Positions 8,908 through 17,477 of a stretch of DNA of 44,386 nucleotides are shown here, one piece after another; positions within the stretch are counted from its first letter, which is position 1, and every line of letters starts with the position of its first letter. The notes under the pieces are model-generated. The model searched no databases. It was not told the origin of the DNA and worked only from the letters and a program-made list of their open reading frames with translations. Source of the DNA: Acidimicrobiales bacterium (GTDB taxonomy: Bacteria > Actinomycetota > Acidimicrobiia > Acidimicrobiales > SZUA-35); NCBI GenBank assembly GCA_041584095.1, contig JBFHEP010000001.1, forward strand, positions 1 through 44,386. Reading direction: 5' to 3'. Both the position numbers and the translations under genes were made by a program.

Positions 8908-10191
8908 TCAGCCGAAAAACTTCAGGAAGCCCCCGTTGGACGATTCGGATGCGATCTCACCATCGACGAAGGTCGAGGCAAGCTGCTCGAAAGCTCGGGC
9001 GACGCCCGACTTGGGGGCGGATAGCACGACCGGCGAGCCCTTGTTGACCGAGATCGGTACCACGATGTCGGACGGCACGTGGGCGGCGGCCACCACGCCA
9101 AGCGTGCGCTCGACCTCGGCCAGGTCGAGCTTGACCTTCGAGTCCGAGCGGTTGAGCACGAGATGGATGCTCTCCTTGGGGATGTTGAGCAGAGACAGTG
9201 TCGCCAGGCCGATCTTGACGTTCTTGATGTTCGGGATGTCGAGGCCGGCAACCAACAACAGCTGATCGCTGACCTCCAACACGTTGAGCACGACATCGTT
9301 GAAGATCGCCGGCAGATCGATGATCACGTGACCGGCGAAGGTCCGTACGATCTCGACGAGCCGCGCCATCTGTGGGCCGGTGATCTTGTCGGCGAACGTC
9401 GGCTCGACGGGGGCGGCCAGCACCCTCAGGCCGGTCTGTTCGTGAACCGCCATCATGTTGTTCAACATGTCGGCATCGAGCACGTCGATCTGGGCGATGG
9501 CGTCGGCCACCGTCGATTCCGGGTGCAGCTTGAGCATCACGGCGACATCGCCGAACTGCAGGTGGCCGTCGATGAGCACGACCGGCTTCTTGGAGTGGCG
9601 GGCCAAAGCTGCTGCCACGTTGGTGGCGGTAACCGATTTCCCGGATCCGCCCTTCGTGGAGAAGACGGCGATGACTCGACCGACTTCACCGTCATCGTGG
9701 TCGGCGGGGTCGCTTCCCGCCGAGAAACTGACGAGCGAATCGGCTGTTGGCAGATCCTCGGCAAGGCGGTCGACGGTGTCGATCAACTGCTGCTGGTCGA
9801 TCGGTGCCGAGATGACGTCCTTGACACCGACCCGCAGGGCACGGTGAAGGAGCTGCGTCGTCAGCTCGGAGGTGACCAGCACGGTTGCCACGTTCGGATA
9901 TCGCTTGCCCCACGCGGCGACCGTGTCGAAGTCCTCCTGGCGGGCGCAGGAGGGTCCGAGCACCACGACGCAGGCAGCACCGTGTAGCCGGGTTTCGAGG
10001 TCCTCCAGCGACTCGGCGGTCTCAACCGTCCCTTCGAACAGGCCGACCAGGTAGTCTCGGACAGCCTGGTCGGAGTCGACGACGGCCACCCCCGCACCGG
10101 CCATCAGCCGGTGTTCGCTCTCGAAGGTGGTCTCCTCGAGACTTTCGACGGTATCGAGACCGTCGAAGCTCGAGAAGTCGTACTGGGTCAT
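8908..10191 (-). CDS. tadZ: TadZ/CpaE-like protein: atypical receiver domain plus a ParA/MinD-type ATPase
   Basis: 427 aa. N-terminal receiver-like region, then the deviant Walker A VIAVFSTKGGSGKSVTATNVAAALA. Its ATG shares 1 nt with the cpaB TAA stop (TAATG). Confidence 0.85.
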   Translation of the reverse strand: MTQYDFSSFDGLDTVESLEETTFESEHRLMAGAGVAVVDSDQAVRDYLVGLFEGTVETAESLEDLETRLHGAACVVVLGPSCARQEDFDTVAAWGKRYPNVATVLVTSELTTQLLHRALRVGVKDVISAPIDQQQLIDTVDRLAEDLPTADSLVSFSAGSDPADHDDGEVGRVIAVFSTKGGSGKSVTATNVAAALARHSKKPVVLIDGHLQFGDVAVMLKLHPESTVADAIAQIDVLDADMLNNMMAVHEQTGLRVLAAPVEPTFADKITGPQMARLVEIVRTFAGHVIIDLPAIFNDVVLNVLEVSDQLLLVAGLDIPNIKNVKIGLATLSLLNIPKESIHLVLNRSDSKVKLDLAEVERTLGVVAAAHVPSDIVVPISVNKGSPVVLSAPKSGVARAFEQLASTFVDGEIASESSNGGFLKFFG

Positions 10192-11309
10192 TAGTTCCCC
10201 TCACCTTCTCCGTCGTCGGTGCTGTCGGTGCTCTCGGGAACCGTTGTCGGGATCGGCGGGTCGGCGTCGGGCTGGAAGTCCTCGTCACCGGTTTCGGTGC
10301 CGTCGGACGTCGAGCCCGTCTCGCCGGAGGTGCCACCGGAGCTGGGGACCGTGCCGATGCGGCTCTCGCCATCCTCGTCGACGATGGCCAGCTGGGTGGG
10401 GTCGATCACGTCGTCGAAACCGACGTACGGGGTCAGACGAGCGCCGTCCTCTCCGGGCAGCACCTGGCCGGTCGGATCGATCGGCAGAATCGGTCGAGGC
10501 TCGTAGTCGTCGGGCACCAGCGACAGGTAGATGTCGTCGCGGCCGATGTTGAGGATGATCTGTGCCGCCTCCGGCGGAACCGCCAGCGTGATGAGGCCCC
10601 GAATCTGCACGGCCTGCGGCTCTTCACCGTCACCGCTGCCCGACTCGCCGATATCGGGAATCAGGGCCTGGCCGACAGCGAGGACCTCGGCCTTCTGGTA
10701 GACGAAGCGGGCGTCGACCGGAAACAGATCGGTGATGATCGGCCGCACGGAGTCATTGTCGGCCAGGTTGGCCGCCAGCTCGGCGGTGGCCCGATCGGTC
10801 ATGTTGATGGGTGGATCGTTCTCGAAGAACGGCGTATCCCAACTGCGTTCGACCATCACGTTGACGAAGTCGCCGGGTTCGATGAGATACGCGGCTCCCC
10901 TCGTTTGATCCACGCTGACGGTGACGCTGACCTTGCCGGTCTCCTCCAGCCGGTCGGTGATGCCGGTGTTCACGATCGTCGACGACACGAAGGTGCCGGT
11001 CACGATCGCCATGTTCGGCTGGAGGTCGTGTACGGCCACGAGGCCGGCCAGCTCGGTCCGAGGATCGACGACCGCCGTTGCCGGTCGGAGCCGCTGAGCC
11101 ACCAGCTCGGTGCCGATCAGTCCCTGTTCGAGAGCCGCCTCGACCGGTGTGCCCTTCGGCACCAGGGCCTTGGCCACCCAGACTTCAACGGGTGCCCCTG
11201 CCTCGCCTGCACCCGATTCGGCGCTGCGAACATAGCTGAGCAGGCCAACGGCTGCCAGGGCACCAAGGGCTACCGCAACTATTAGTATCACCGTCCGTCG
11301 TGCACTCAC
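10191..11309 (-). CDS. cpaB: CpaB/RcpC-like Flp pilus assembly protein (TM anchor plus SAF-type domain) with an acidic Ser/Thr/Gly-rich C-terminal tail
   Basis: The track ORF runs to 11339. I prefer the GTG at 11309 (VSARRTVILIVAVALGALAAV...) because GAGGAG lies 6 nt upstream. An N-terminal TM helix is followed by VWVAKALVPKGTPV. The tail reads ...SSGGTSGETGSTSDGTETGDEDFQPDADPP...STDSTDDGEGEGN. Confidence 0.75.
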   Translation of the reverse strand: MSARRTVILIVAVALGALAAVGLLSYVRSAESGAGEAGAPVEVWVAKALVPKGTPVEAALEQGLIGTELVAQRLRPATAVVDPRTELAGLVAVHDLQPNMAIVTGTFVSSTIVNTGITDRLEETGKVSVTVSVDQTRGAAYLIEPGDFVNVMVERSWDTPFFENDPPINMTDRATAELAANLADNDSVRPIITDLFPVDARFVYQKAEVLAVGQALIPDIGESGSGDGEEPQAVQIRGLITLAVPPEAAQIILNIGRDDIYLSLVPDDYEPRPILPIDPTGQVLPGEDGARLTPYVGFDDVIDPTQLAIVDEDGESRIGTVPSSGGTSGETGSTSDGTETGDEDFQPDADPPIPTTVPESTDSTDDGEGEGN

Positions 11310-11567
11310 GACAATCTCCTCGGTCAATGGCAGGTACACGACCAGCCGCGCTTACTTGAGGTTCTTGTCGGCGCAATCCGGCTGCTTGCTTAGCAATTGT
11401 GGGAAATCATCACGGCGACGGACGGCGCGCCGGCGTCCGCGGTTCATGGCAACCGCCGATTGCGGTCGGTCCACCGTCCAAAACGCGAAGGTGGGCCACC
11501 TCGATGGCGACCCACGTTCGTTGATCTGTTGCCCGCCGAGCCGAAGCACGGTTCAGCGGGTCACCCG

Positions 11568-12971
11568 TCAGGCCTCCTCGGCGGCCGTGCCCTCGTCATC
11601 CGGCGTTGGATCGGCGGAAACCGATGGCGGCTCCGCTCCGGCCGGAGCCTCTGCGTCGGGGTTGCCGCCGTCGAGTTCGGCGTAGTACTCGGCCCAGGCC
11701 GCTTCGACATCAGGGTCGACCTCGCTCGGGCCGATGTAGTTGCCCTCGTCGTCGAAGGCGTGCTCACCGAAGTGCTCCTGATACTCCTGAGCCACGACGC
11801 CACCTTCGGCGGCCTGCTTGATCGACAGGCTGATCCGACGACGCTGGAGATCGATATCGATGATCTTGACCCACAACTCCTCGCCGGGGGTGACGACCTG
11901 CTCGGGAAGATCGATGTGGTGGGCCGACATCTCCGAGATGTGGACAAGTCCCTCGATACCGTCGCCGACCTGGACGAAGGCGCCGAACGGTACCAGCTTG
12001 GTGACCCGGCCGTAGACCAGCTCGCCGACGCGATGGCTGGAGGCGAACTCCTGCCATGGATCCTGCTGGGTGGCCTTCAGCGACAGACTGATTCGCTCGC
12101 GGTCGAGATCGACCTCGAGCACCTGCACGGTGACCTCGTCGCCGACCGACACCACGGAACCGGGGTGGTCGACGTGCTTCCAGGACAGCTCGGACACGTG
12201 GATCAGGCCGTCCATGCCGCCCAGATCGACGAAAGCGCCGAAGTTGACGACCGACGACACAACACCCGAGCGGACCTCGCCAGGAGTGAGGTTGGTGAGG
12301 AAGTCCTCGCGTTGTTCCTTCTGGGTTTCCTCCAGGTAGGCCCGGCGGGAGAGGACGACGTTGTTGCGGTTCTTGTCGAGCTCGATGATCTTCGCCTCGA
12401 GCGACCGGCCGATGTAGGGCTGCAGATCCCGGACCCGGCGCAGCTCCACCAGCGAGGCGGGAAGGAAGCCGCGGAGGCCGATGTCGAGGATCAGGCCGCC
12501 CTTGACCACCTCGATGACAGGTCCGGAGACCATGCCATCTCGTTCCTTGATGGCCTCGATCGTGCCCCATGCCCGCTCGTACTGGGCCCGCTTCTTCGAC
12601 AGGAGCAGGCGGCCCTCCTTGTCCTCCTTCTGCAGGACGAGAGCTTCGACGTCGTCGCCGACCGAGACCAGCTCACCGGGTTCGACGTCGTTGCGGATCG
12701 AGAGTTCACGAGCGGGAATGACACCCTCGCTCTTGTAGCCGATGTCGACCAGCACCTCGTCGCGGTCGACCCGGACCACGGTTCCGTTGACCATCTGGCC
12801 GTCGTCAACCATCACCATCGACGCGGCGTAGGCGTCATCGAGCGAACCGTCGAGGTCATTGGCCACGATCTGGCGGGGGACGTAGGTGTCCTCCCCCACG
12901 GCCTCGCTCATCGTTTCGGGGGCGGTAGGCTCGCTTTCCCCGGCTGCATCGGACACGGTGGGATCGGACAT
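11568..12971 (-). CDS. rpsA: 30S ribosomal protein S1
   Basis: Repeated S1 domains (GTVVRVDRDEVLVDIGYKSEG, GPVIEVVKGGLILDIG, GVVSSVVNFGAFVDLGG, GRVTKLVPFGAFVQVG). I chose the ATG at 12971 (MSDPTVSD...); the in-frame extension to 13205 is Arg/Ser-rich and does not look coding. Confidence 0.93.
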   Translation of the reverse strand: MSDPTVSDAAGESEPTAPETMSEAVGEDTYVPRQIVANDLDGSLDDAYAASMVMVDDGQMVNGTVVRVDRDEVLVDIGYKSEGVIPARELSIRNDVEPGELVSVGDDVEALVLQKEDKEGRLLLSKKRAQYERAWGTIEAIKERDGMVSGPVIEVVKGGLILDIGLRGFLPASLVELRRVRDLQPYIGRSLEAKIIELDKNRNNVVLSRRAYLEETQKEQREDFLTNLTPGEVRSGVVSSVVNFGAFVDLGGMDGLIHVSELSWKHVDHPGSVVSVGDEVTVQVLEVDLDRERISLSLKATQQDPWQEFASSHRVGELVYGRVTKLVPFGAFVQVGDGIEGLVHISEMSAHHIDLPEQVVTPGEELWVKIIDIDLQRRRISLSIKQAAEGGVVAQEYQEHFGEHAFDDEGNYIGPSEVDPDVEAAWAEYYAELDGGNPDAEAPAGAEPPSVSADPTPDDEGTAAEEA

Positions 12972-13182
12972 GGTTGCTTCTGTACTTACTTCGGCGGTCG
13001 ACACGTAACTAGGGGACACTTTCCGATAGTCATTCAGCGCTTCGACAAGACGGCACTCGTCTGACGAATGAGACGACCGGACCCGCTGGGCCGGTCTTCG
13101 CCGCTGGAGCGAAGGCGCACGAACGAGGGCGGGACTCTCCCGACCATCTCTCAGACTATCGGCTTCTGGCGGCGATCCTCCG

Positions 13183-14082
13183 CTACCTGTGCTTCTCCGG
13201 ATCACGCGATGCGACGAGCAAGAACTCGGGTCGGTCGACGTCGGGCCGGCGGGGTCCGTAGTCGCCCGGTGTGACCCCGTGCACGGCGCGGACCCGCAAT
13301 CCGACGGCCCTCGCCAGGAGCCGCAGCTCCCGCGGTGTATAGCAGGTGGTCCACAGCTCGGTGGTTCGGGGCGTCCCGTTCGGATCGAGCACGGTGGTCC
13401 ACTCGTGGTTCACACCGGAATCGGCGTCGAAGGATTCCGCCGGAAGGTCCACCGACGGTGAGCCGTTCGGTCGGTCGGCATCGGTGTGACGAAGTTGGAA
13501 GTATGCCGAGAAGGCCGACACCACGAGATGTCCCCGTTCGGCGAGCGAGGCGGCCATCGCTGACAGAATAGGTTCGTCGAGTTCGAGCGGCTCGTCGAGT
13601 TCGAACGGCTCGTCGACTTCGGTCGCGATTGCTGACGCTGGTGCCGTTGCGTCGGCTGCCGTTGCGTCGGCCGACGGTCCGCCGGTGAGCCCGAAGGCCC
13701 CCTGACACAGCGAGATGACCAGGTCGAACGATCCGAGCCCGAGCTCGCCGAGTCGGCCGGCGTCGGCCCGGATGAACCGGGTCCGGTCCTCCAGCCCTTC
13801 ATGGGCTGCCGCCCGCTCGGCGAGATCCACGAACACGGCCGAGATGTCCACACCAGTCACCTGATGGCCCCGCCGGGCGAGTTCCAGACTGTGACGGCCC
13901 GGACCGCAACCGACGTCAAGAACACGCGAGCCGGGAGCGAGGCCGACCATGTCGGTGAGAGCGTCGATCTCCTGGACCGTGCCCCTGGTGAACGAATAGC
14001 GGAGATAGGCGGCACCGAGGTGCTCGGCAACGGGCTCGAACCAATGCGACGGCGGCGAGCCGTCAGTGTGTTGCTCAGGCAT
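13183..14082 (-). CDS. Class I SAM-dependent methyltransferase with an internal low-complexity repeat insertion
   Basis: SAM motif I VLDVGCGPGRHSLELARRG; the insertion reads ADATAADATA...DEPFELDEPLELDEPIL. Confidence 0.8.
   Translation of the reverse strand: MPEQHTDGSPPSHWFEPVAEHLGAAYLRYSFTRGTVQEIDALTDMVGLAPGSRVLDVGCGPGRHSLELARRGHQVTGVDISAVFVDLAERAAAHEGLEDRTRFIRADAGRLGELGLGSFDLVISLCQGAFGLTGGPSADATAADATAPASAIATEVDEPFELDEPLELDEPILSAMAASLAERGHLVVSAFSAYFQLRHTDADRPNGSPSVDLPAESFDADSGVNHEWTTVLDPNGTPRTTELWTTCYTPRELRLLARAVGLRVRAVHGVTPGDYGPRRPDVDRPEFLLVASRDPEKHR
13573..13672. repeat. Two short in-frame tandem repeats inside the methyltransferase CDS
   Basis: An 18-nt unit ctcgtcgagttcgaRcgg about 2.7 times (13573-13626), and a 15-nt unit gccgttgcgtcggcY twice (13643-13672). 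Read directly from the sequence. Confidence 0.85.
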
Positions 14083-14710
14083 CGTGTGTCGAATCGGGCC
14101 GGATCCCCATCACGACCACGACGTCCCGTTTCCCGGCGCGATGGTTCGACGCAGCGACCTCGGCGTATCCGCGATCGGACAGCATCGACGCGAACAGGTC
14201 GGCCTGAGCGGGCGTCCACCCATGGCTGGCGTTGCCGGTTGCCCCCGGCTCGGTCCGCTTCTCCACGGCAAGGAAGCGGGCACCGGGTGCAAGCACCTGC
14301 TCGACACGGTCCAAGGCCGCGTCGAGATCCTGCCAGTGGTGGACCGCGGCGATCGACCAGCACACCGACACCGAAGCGGGCGGCAGCTGCATCGTCTCGG
14401 CCGAGCCCTGACGCCAATCCAGGTTGCCGTCGGTGGGGCGGAACCGGGTGATGAGCTCGGCGAGCCGAAGCATTGGCGCCGAGGGATCGATCCCGATGAC
14501 GTCTGCGCCCCGACGTGCGGCATGGCGCGCAGCGGTTCCGGGTCCGCAGCCGATGTCGAGAACGACGTCGTCGGATCCGACCGCGGCCAGATCAGTCACC
14601 AGCCGGGCGTCACGGCCGCGACCGACGATCATCGTCAATCCAGCCAGGTACCCGAACAAGCCACCGAACTGTCGATAGTGGGCGTGGTGGTTGGGTACGA
14701 GATCGACCAT
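14075..14710 (-). CDS. Class I SAM-dependent methyltransferase
   Basis: Motif I VLDIGCGPGTAARHAARRGADVIGIDPS. The track ORF extends to 14800, which would overlap the polA 3' end by 74 nt. I prefer the ATG at 14710 (MVDLVPNHH...), 16 nt downstream of the polA stop. Confidence 0.75.
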   Translation of the reverse strand: MVDLVPNHHAHYRQFGGLFGYLAGLTMIVGRGRDARLVTDLAAVGSDDVVLDIGCGPGTAARHAARRGADVIGIDPSAPMLRLAELITRFRPTDGNLDWRQGSAETMQLPPASVSVCWSIAAVHHWQDLDAALDRVEQVLAPGARFLAVEKRTEPGATGNASHGWTPAQADLFASMLSDRGYAEVAASNHRAGKRDVVVVMGIRPDSTHDA

Positions 14711-14726
14711 GACAGGGTGAAGGGCC

Positions 14727-17420
14727 TCAACCCTTGGCGTCGGCCCAGGTCGGGCCGAAGGCCAGGTTGACCTCGAGCGGAACCCGGAGGTCGAAGGCAC
14801 CCCGCATGTCGTCGAGCACGACCTTGGTCATGATCTCGCGTTCCTCGGGCGGAACCTCGAGGATGACCTCATCGTGCACCTGGAGAACGAGCCGGCTGGA
14901 ATACCCGCCGTCGACCAACGAACGGTGGAGCCGGACCAACGCGACCTTGAAGATGTCGGCGGCCAGCCCCTGGATGCCGGCGTTCATGGCCTGCCGCTCC
15001 CCCGCCTGGCGCAGATTGCGGTTGTCACTCAACAGCTCGGGAATGGCCCGGCGTCGACCGAACAGCGTCTCGGTGTAGCCACGGTTGCGGGCCTCGGTGA
15101 CGGTGCGCTCCATGTACTCCTTGACCGACGGGAAGCCCTCGAAGTAGGCGTCGAGGATCTCCCGGGCCTCCGAAGTGGCGATGCCGAGACGCTGGCCGAG
15201 ACCATAGGCCTCCATCCCGTAGGCCAGGCCGTAAGACACCATCTTCGCCTTGGAGCGCTGCTCGGTGTTGACATCGGAGGGATCGACGCCGAACACCCGG
15301 CCCGCGGTGATGTTGTGGATGTCGTCGCCCTTGGTGAAGGCCTCCACCAAACCGGGGTCGTTGGCCAGGTGGGCGATGCAGCGCAGTTCGATCTGGTTGT
15401 AGTCGGCGATCAGCAGCTCACAGCCGTCGGCAGCCACGAATGCGTGCCGGAACGTGCGGCCGAGATCGGTGCGGACCGGGATGTTGTGCAGGTTCGGGTT
15501 CTCGCTCGACAACCGCCCCGTGCGGGCCACCGTTTGATTGAACGTGGCGTGGATTCGCCCGTCCGGGCCGACCGCGTCGAGCAGCGTCTGGCCGTAGGTC
15601 GAGCGGAGCTTCTCCACCTCGCGGTATCTGAGGAGATGGTCGATGATCGGGTGCTCGCCCGACAGTTTCTCCAACGTCGCCTGGTCGGTCGAGTAGCCGG
15701 TTTTCGTCTTCTTCTGCGGGGTCAGCTCCAGCTTCTCGAAGAGGATCTCCCGCAGCTTCTTCGTGGAGTTGACATTGAACTCCTCACCGGCGTCATCCTG
15801 AATGGCCTGGGCCAGGGCGGCGGCCTCGGCCGTCATCGACGCATTCAGCTCCTCCAACTCGTTGCGGTCGACTGCGACGCCGGCCCGCTCCATGTGGGCC
15901 AGCACCGCCACCAGCGGCACCTCGACCTCCGAGTTGAGCTCGGTCAGCCCGTGCTCGTCGATCTCCGCCGACAGACGGGGTCCGAGCACCGCCACGGCGG
16001 CCGCCTCGAGAGCAGCCTCCTCGGCCGGGGTCAGCGAGTTGTCACCGAAGTCGAGCTGACCTTCCGGAACGACGCTCCCTTCCGGCAACACGTACTCGGT
16101 GTAGGTCGGAAGCAGCTCGCTGAACGGATAAGCGATACCTGCCGGATCAAGGAGATACGCAGCCAGGGAGGTGTCGAGCCGGAGACCACCGAATCCACAG
16201 TCTTGCTGGAGCAGCGCCCGAATCAGAGGCTTGGCGTCGTGGGCCTGCACCCCCGGACCTTCGGCGGAGAGGAGCTGGCGAAGCATCGGTAGGACCTGCG
16301 GATCGGCGAGAGTACCGCCGTCGAGCCAAACGATCGGGACGGGACCGACCGCGCCGGGCGCGACCGCCACCGCCAGCCCCGCGACCTCCCAGCGATGGGC
16401 CTCTTCGGAGAGCAGGCCGGCCACCGACACCGGATCCGATCCGGTGGCCAACTTCTCCACCACGGCCGCCGCCTCGGCGCCCTGCGGCGAGGAGATCGCC
16501 GTGGTCAGCTCCTTTTTCGACGCCAAGCGGGCGGCGCCCACCGACGAGGCGAACGCCTCCTCCAAGCGGGCCAGAAGCGTGCGGAACTCGAGGAAATCGA
16601 ACAGTTTACGAACCTCATCGCCGTCGAAGGGCTCGATGCCGAGCAGCTCGTCGGGTTCGACCCCGAGGTCGACGTCGCGCATCAACTCCATCACCACCGC
16701 ATTGATGCGGACGAGGTCTTCCGCGGCGGCCAGGTTCTCCTTCAGCTTCGGTGTCTGCTCGTCGAGGTGGGCGAAGATGCCGTCGAGGTCCCCGTACTTG
16801 TCGAGCAACTTGGCGGCCGTCTTCTCGCCGACTCCGGCAACGCCCGGCAAGTTGTCGCTGTTGTCACCCCGAAGCGCAGCGTACATGACGTATTTGGAGG
16901 GCGGTACGCCGGTTCGCTCCAGGATCCCGGCCTCGTCGTAGATGGCGTAGTCGCTCACGCCCCGCTTGTTGTAGACGACTTTGACGTGCGGATCGGTCAC
17001 CAGCTGGAAGCAGTCGCGATCGCCGGTCACCAACAGCACGTCGATGCCCGCGGCGGCCGACTGCGTGGCCAAGGTCGCGAGAATGTCGTCGGCCTCGACC
17101 CCGGCCAACTCGAGCTGCCGTAGACGCAGTGCGTCGAGCACCTCGCGAACGAGCCCCATCTGCTGTTTGAGGATGTCGGGTGCAGCCGAGCGGTTCGCCT
17201 TGTAGGTCTCCACCTGCTCGTGCCGGAACGTCGGCTCTGGCCGGTCGAAGGCCACGGCGACGCCGTCGGGCTGGTGGTCGCGCACCAGGTTGATGAGCAT
17301 GGAGGTGAATCCGAACACGGCGTTCGTCACCTGACCGGACGCAGTGGCCAGATCCTGGGGCAGAGCGTGGAAGGCCCGGTAGGTGAGTGAGTTCCCGTCG
17401 ATCAGCATCAATGTCGGCAT
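14727..17420 (-). CDS. polA: DNA polymerase I
   Basis: 897 aa. 5'-nuclease N-terminus (LMLIDGNSLTYRAFHAL), polymerase motifs LIADYNQIELRCIAHL, RSKAKMVSYGLAYG, LQVHDEVILE. Confidence 0.97.
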   Translation of the reverse strand: MPTLMLIDGNSLTYRAFHALPQDLATASGQVTNAVFGFTSMLINLVRDHQPDGVAVAFDRPEPTFRHEQVETYKANRSAAPDILKQQMGLVREVLDALRLRQLELAGVEADDILATLATQSAAAGIDVLLVTGDRDCFQLVTDPHVKVVYNKRGVSDYAIYDEAGILERTGVPPSKYVMYAALRGDNSDNLPGVAGVGEKTAAKLLDKYGDLDGIFAHLDEQTPKLKENLAAAEDLVRINAVVMELMRDVDLGVEPDELLGIEPFDGDEVRKLFDFLEFRTLLARLEEAFASSVGAARLASKKELTTAISSPQGAEAAAVVEKLATGSDPVSVAGLLSEEAHRWEVAGLAVAVAPGAVGPVPIVWLDGGTLADPQVLPMLRQLLSAEGPGVQAHDAKPLIRALLQQDCGFGGLRLDTSLAAYLLDPAGIAYPFSELLPTYTEYVLPEGSVVPEGQLDFGDNSLTPAEEAALEAAAVAVLGPRLSAEIDEHGLTELNSEVEVPLVAVLAHMERAGVAVDRNELEELNASMTAEAAALAQAIQDDAGEEFNVNSTKKLREILFEKLELTPQKKTKTGYSTDQATLEKLSGEHPIIDHLLRYREVEKLRSTYGQTLLDAVGPDGRIHATFNQTVARTGRLSSENPNLHNIPVRTDLGRTFRHAFVAADGCELLIADYNQIELRCIAHLANDPGLVEAFTKGDDIHNITAGRVFGVDPSDVNTEQRSKAKMVSYGLAYGMEAYGLGQRLGIATSEAREILDAYFEGFPSVKEYMERTVTEARNRGYTETLFGRRRAIPELLSDNRNLRQAGERQAMNAGIQGLAADIFKVALVRLHRSLVDGGYSSRLVLQVHDEVILEVPPEEREIMTKVVLDDMRGAFDLRVPLEVNLAFGPTWADAKG

Positions 17421-17477
17421 CGAATCCGAGCCTATGCCAACAACGCGCCGCTCACCAGGGCCGCCGGACGAATCCGA

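Noticed and set aside
11352-11549. A 65-aa minus-strand ORF in the rpsA-cpaB gap, considered as a possible Flp pilin.
   Set aside because: The sequence (MLRLGGQQINERGSPSRWPTFAFW...RRRAVRRRDD...) has no hydrophobic pilin helix and no Flp processing motif. It is strongly basic and looks non-coding.
11527-11565. An imperfect hairpin just downstream of the rpsA stop, considered as a terminator separating rpsA from cpaB.
   Set aside because: The stem has mismatches on the transcribed strand and no U-tract, so it is too weak to report as a feature. Whether rpsA reads through into cpaB remains open.
12972-13205. A 78-codon N-terminal extension of the rpsA ORF, giving 545 aa in the track.
   Set aside because: The extension is Arg/Ser/Pro-rich and overlaps the 3' end of the upstream methyltransferase. 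The internal ATG at 12971 gives a normal-length S1 starting MSDPTVSD.
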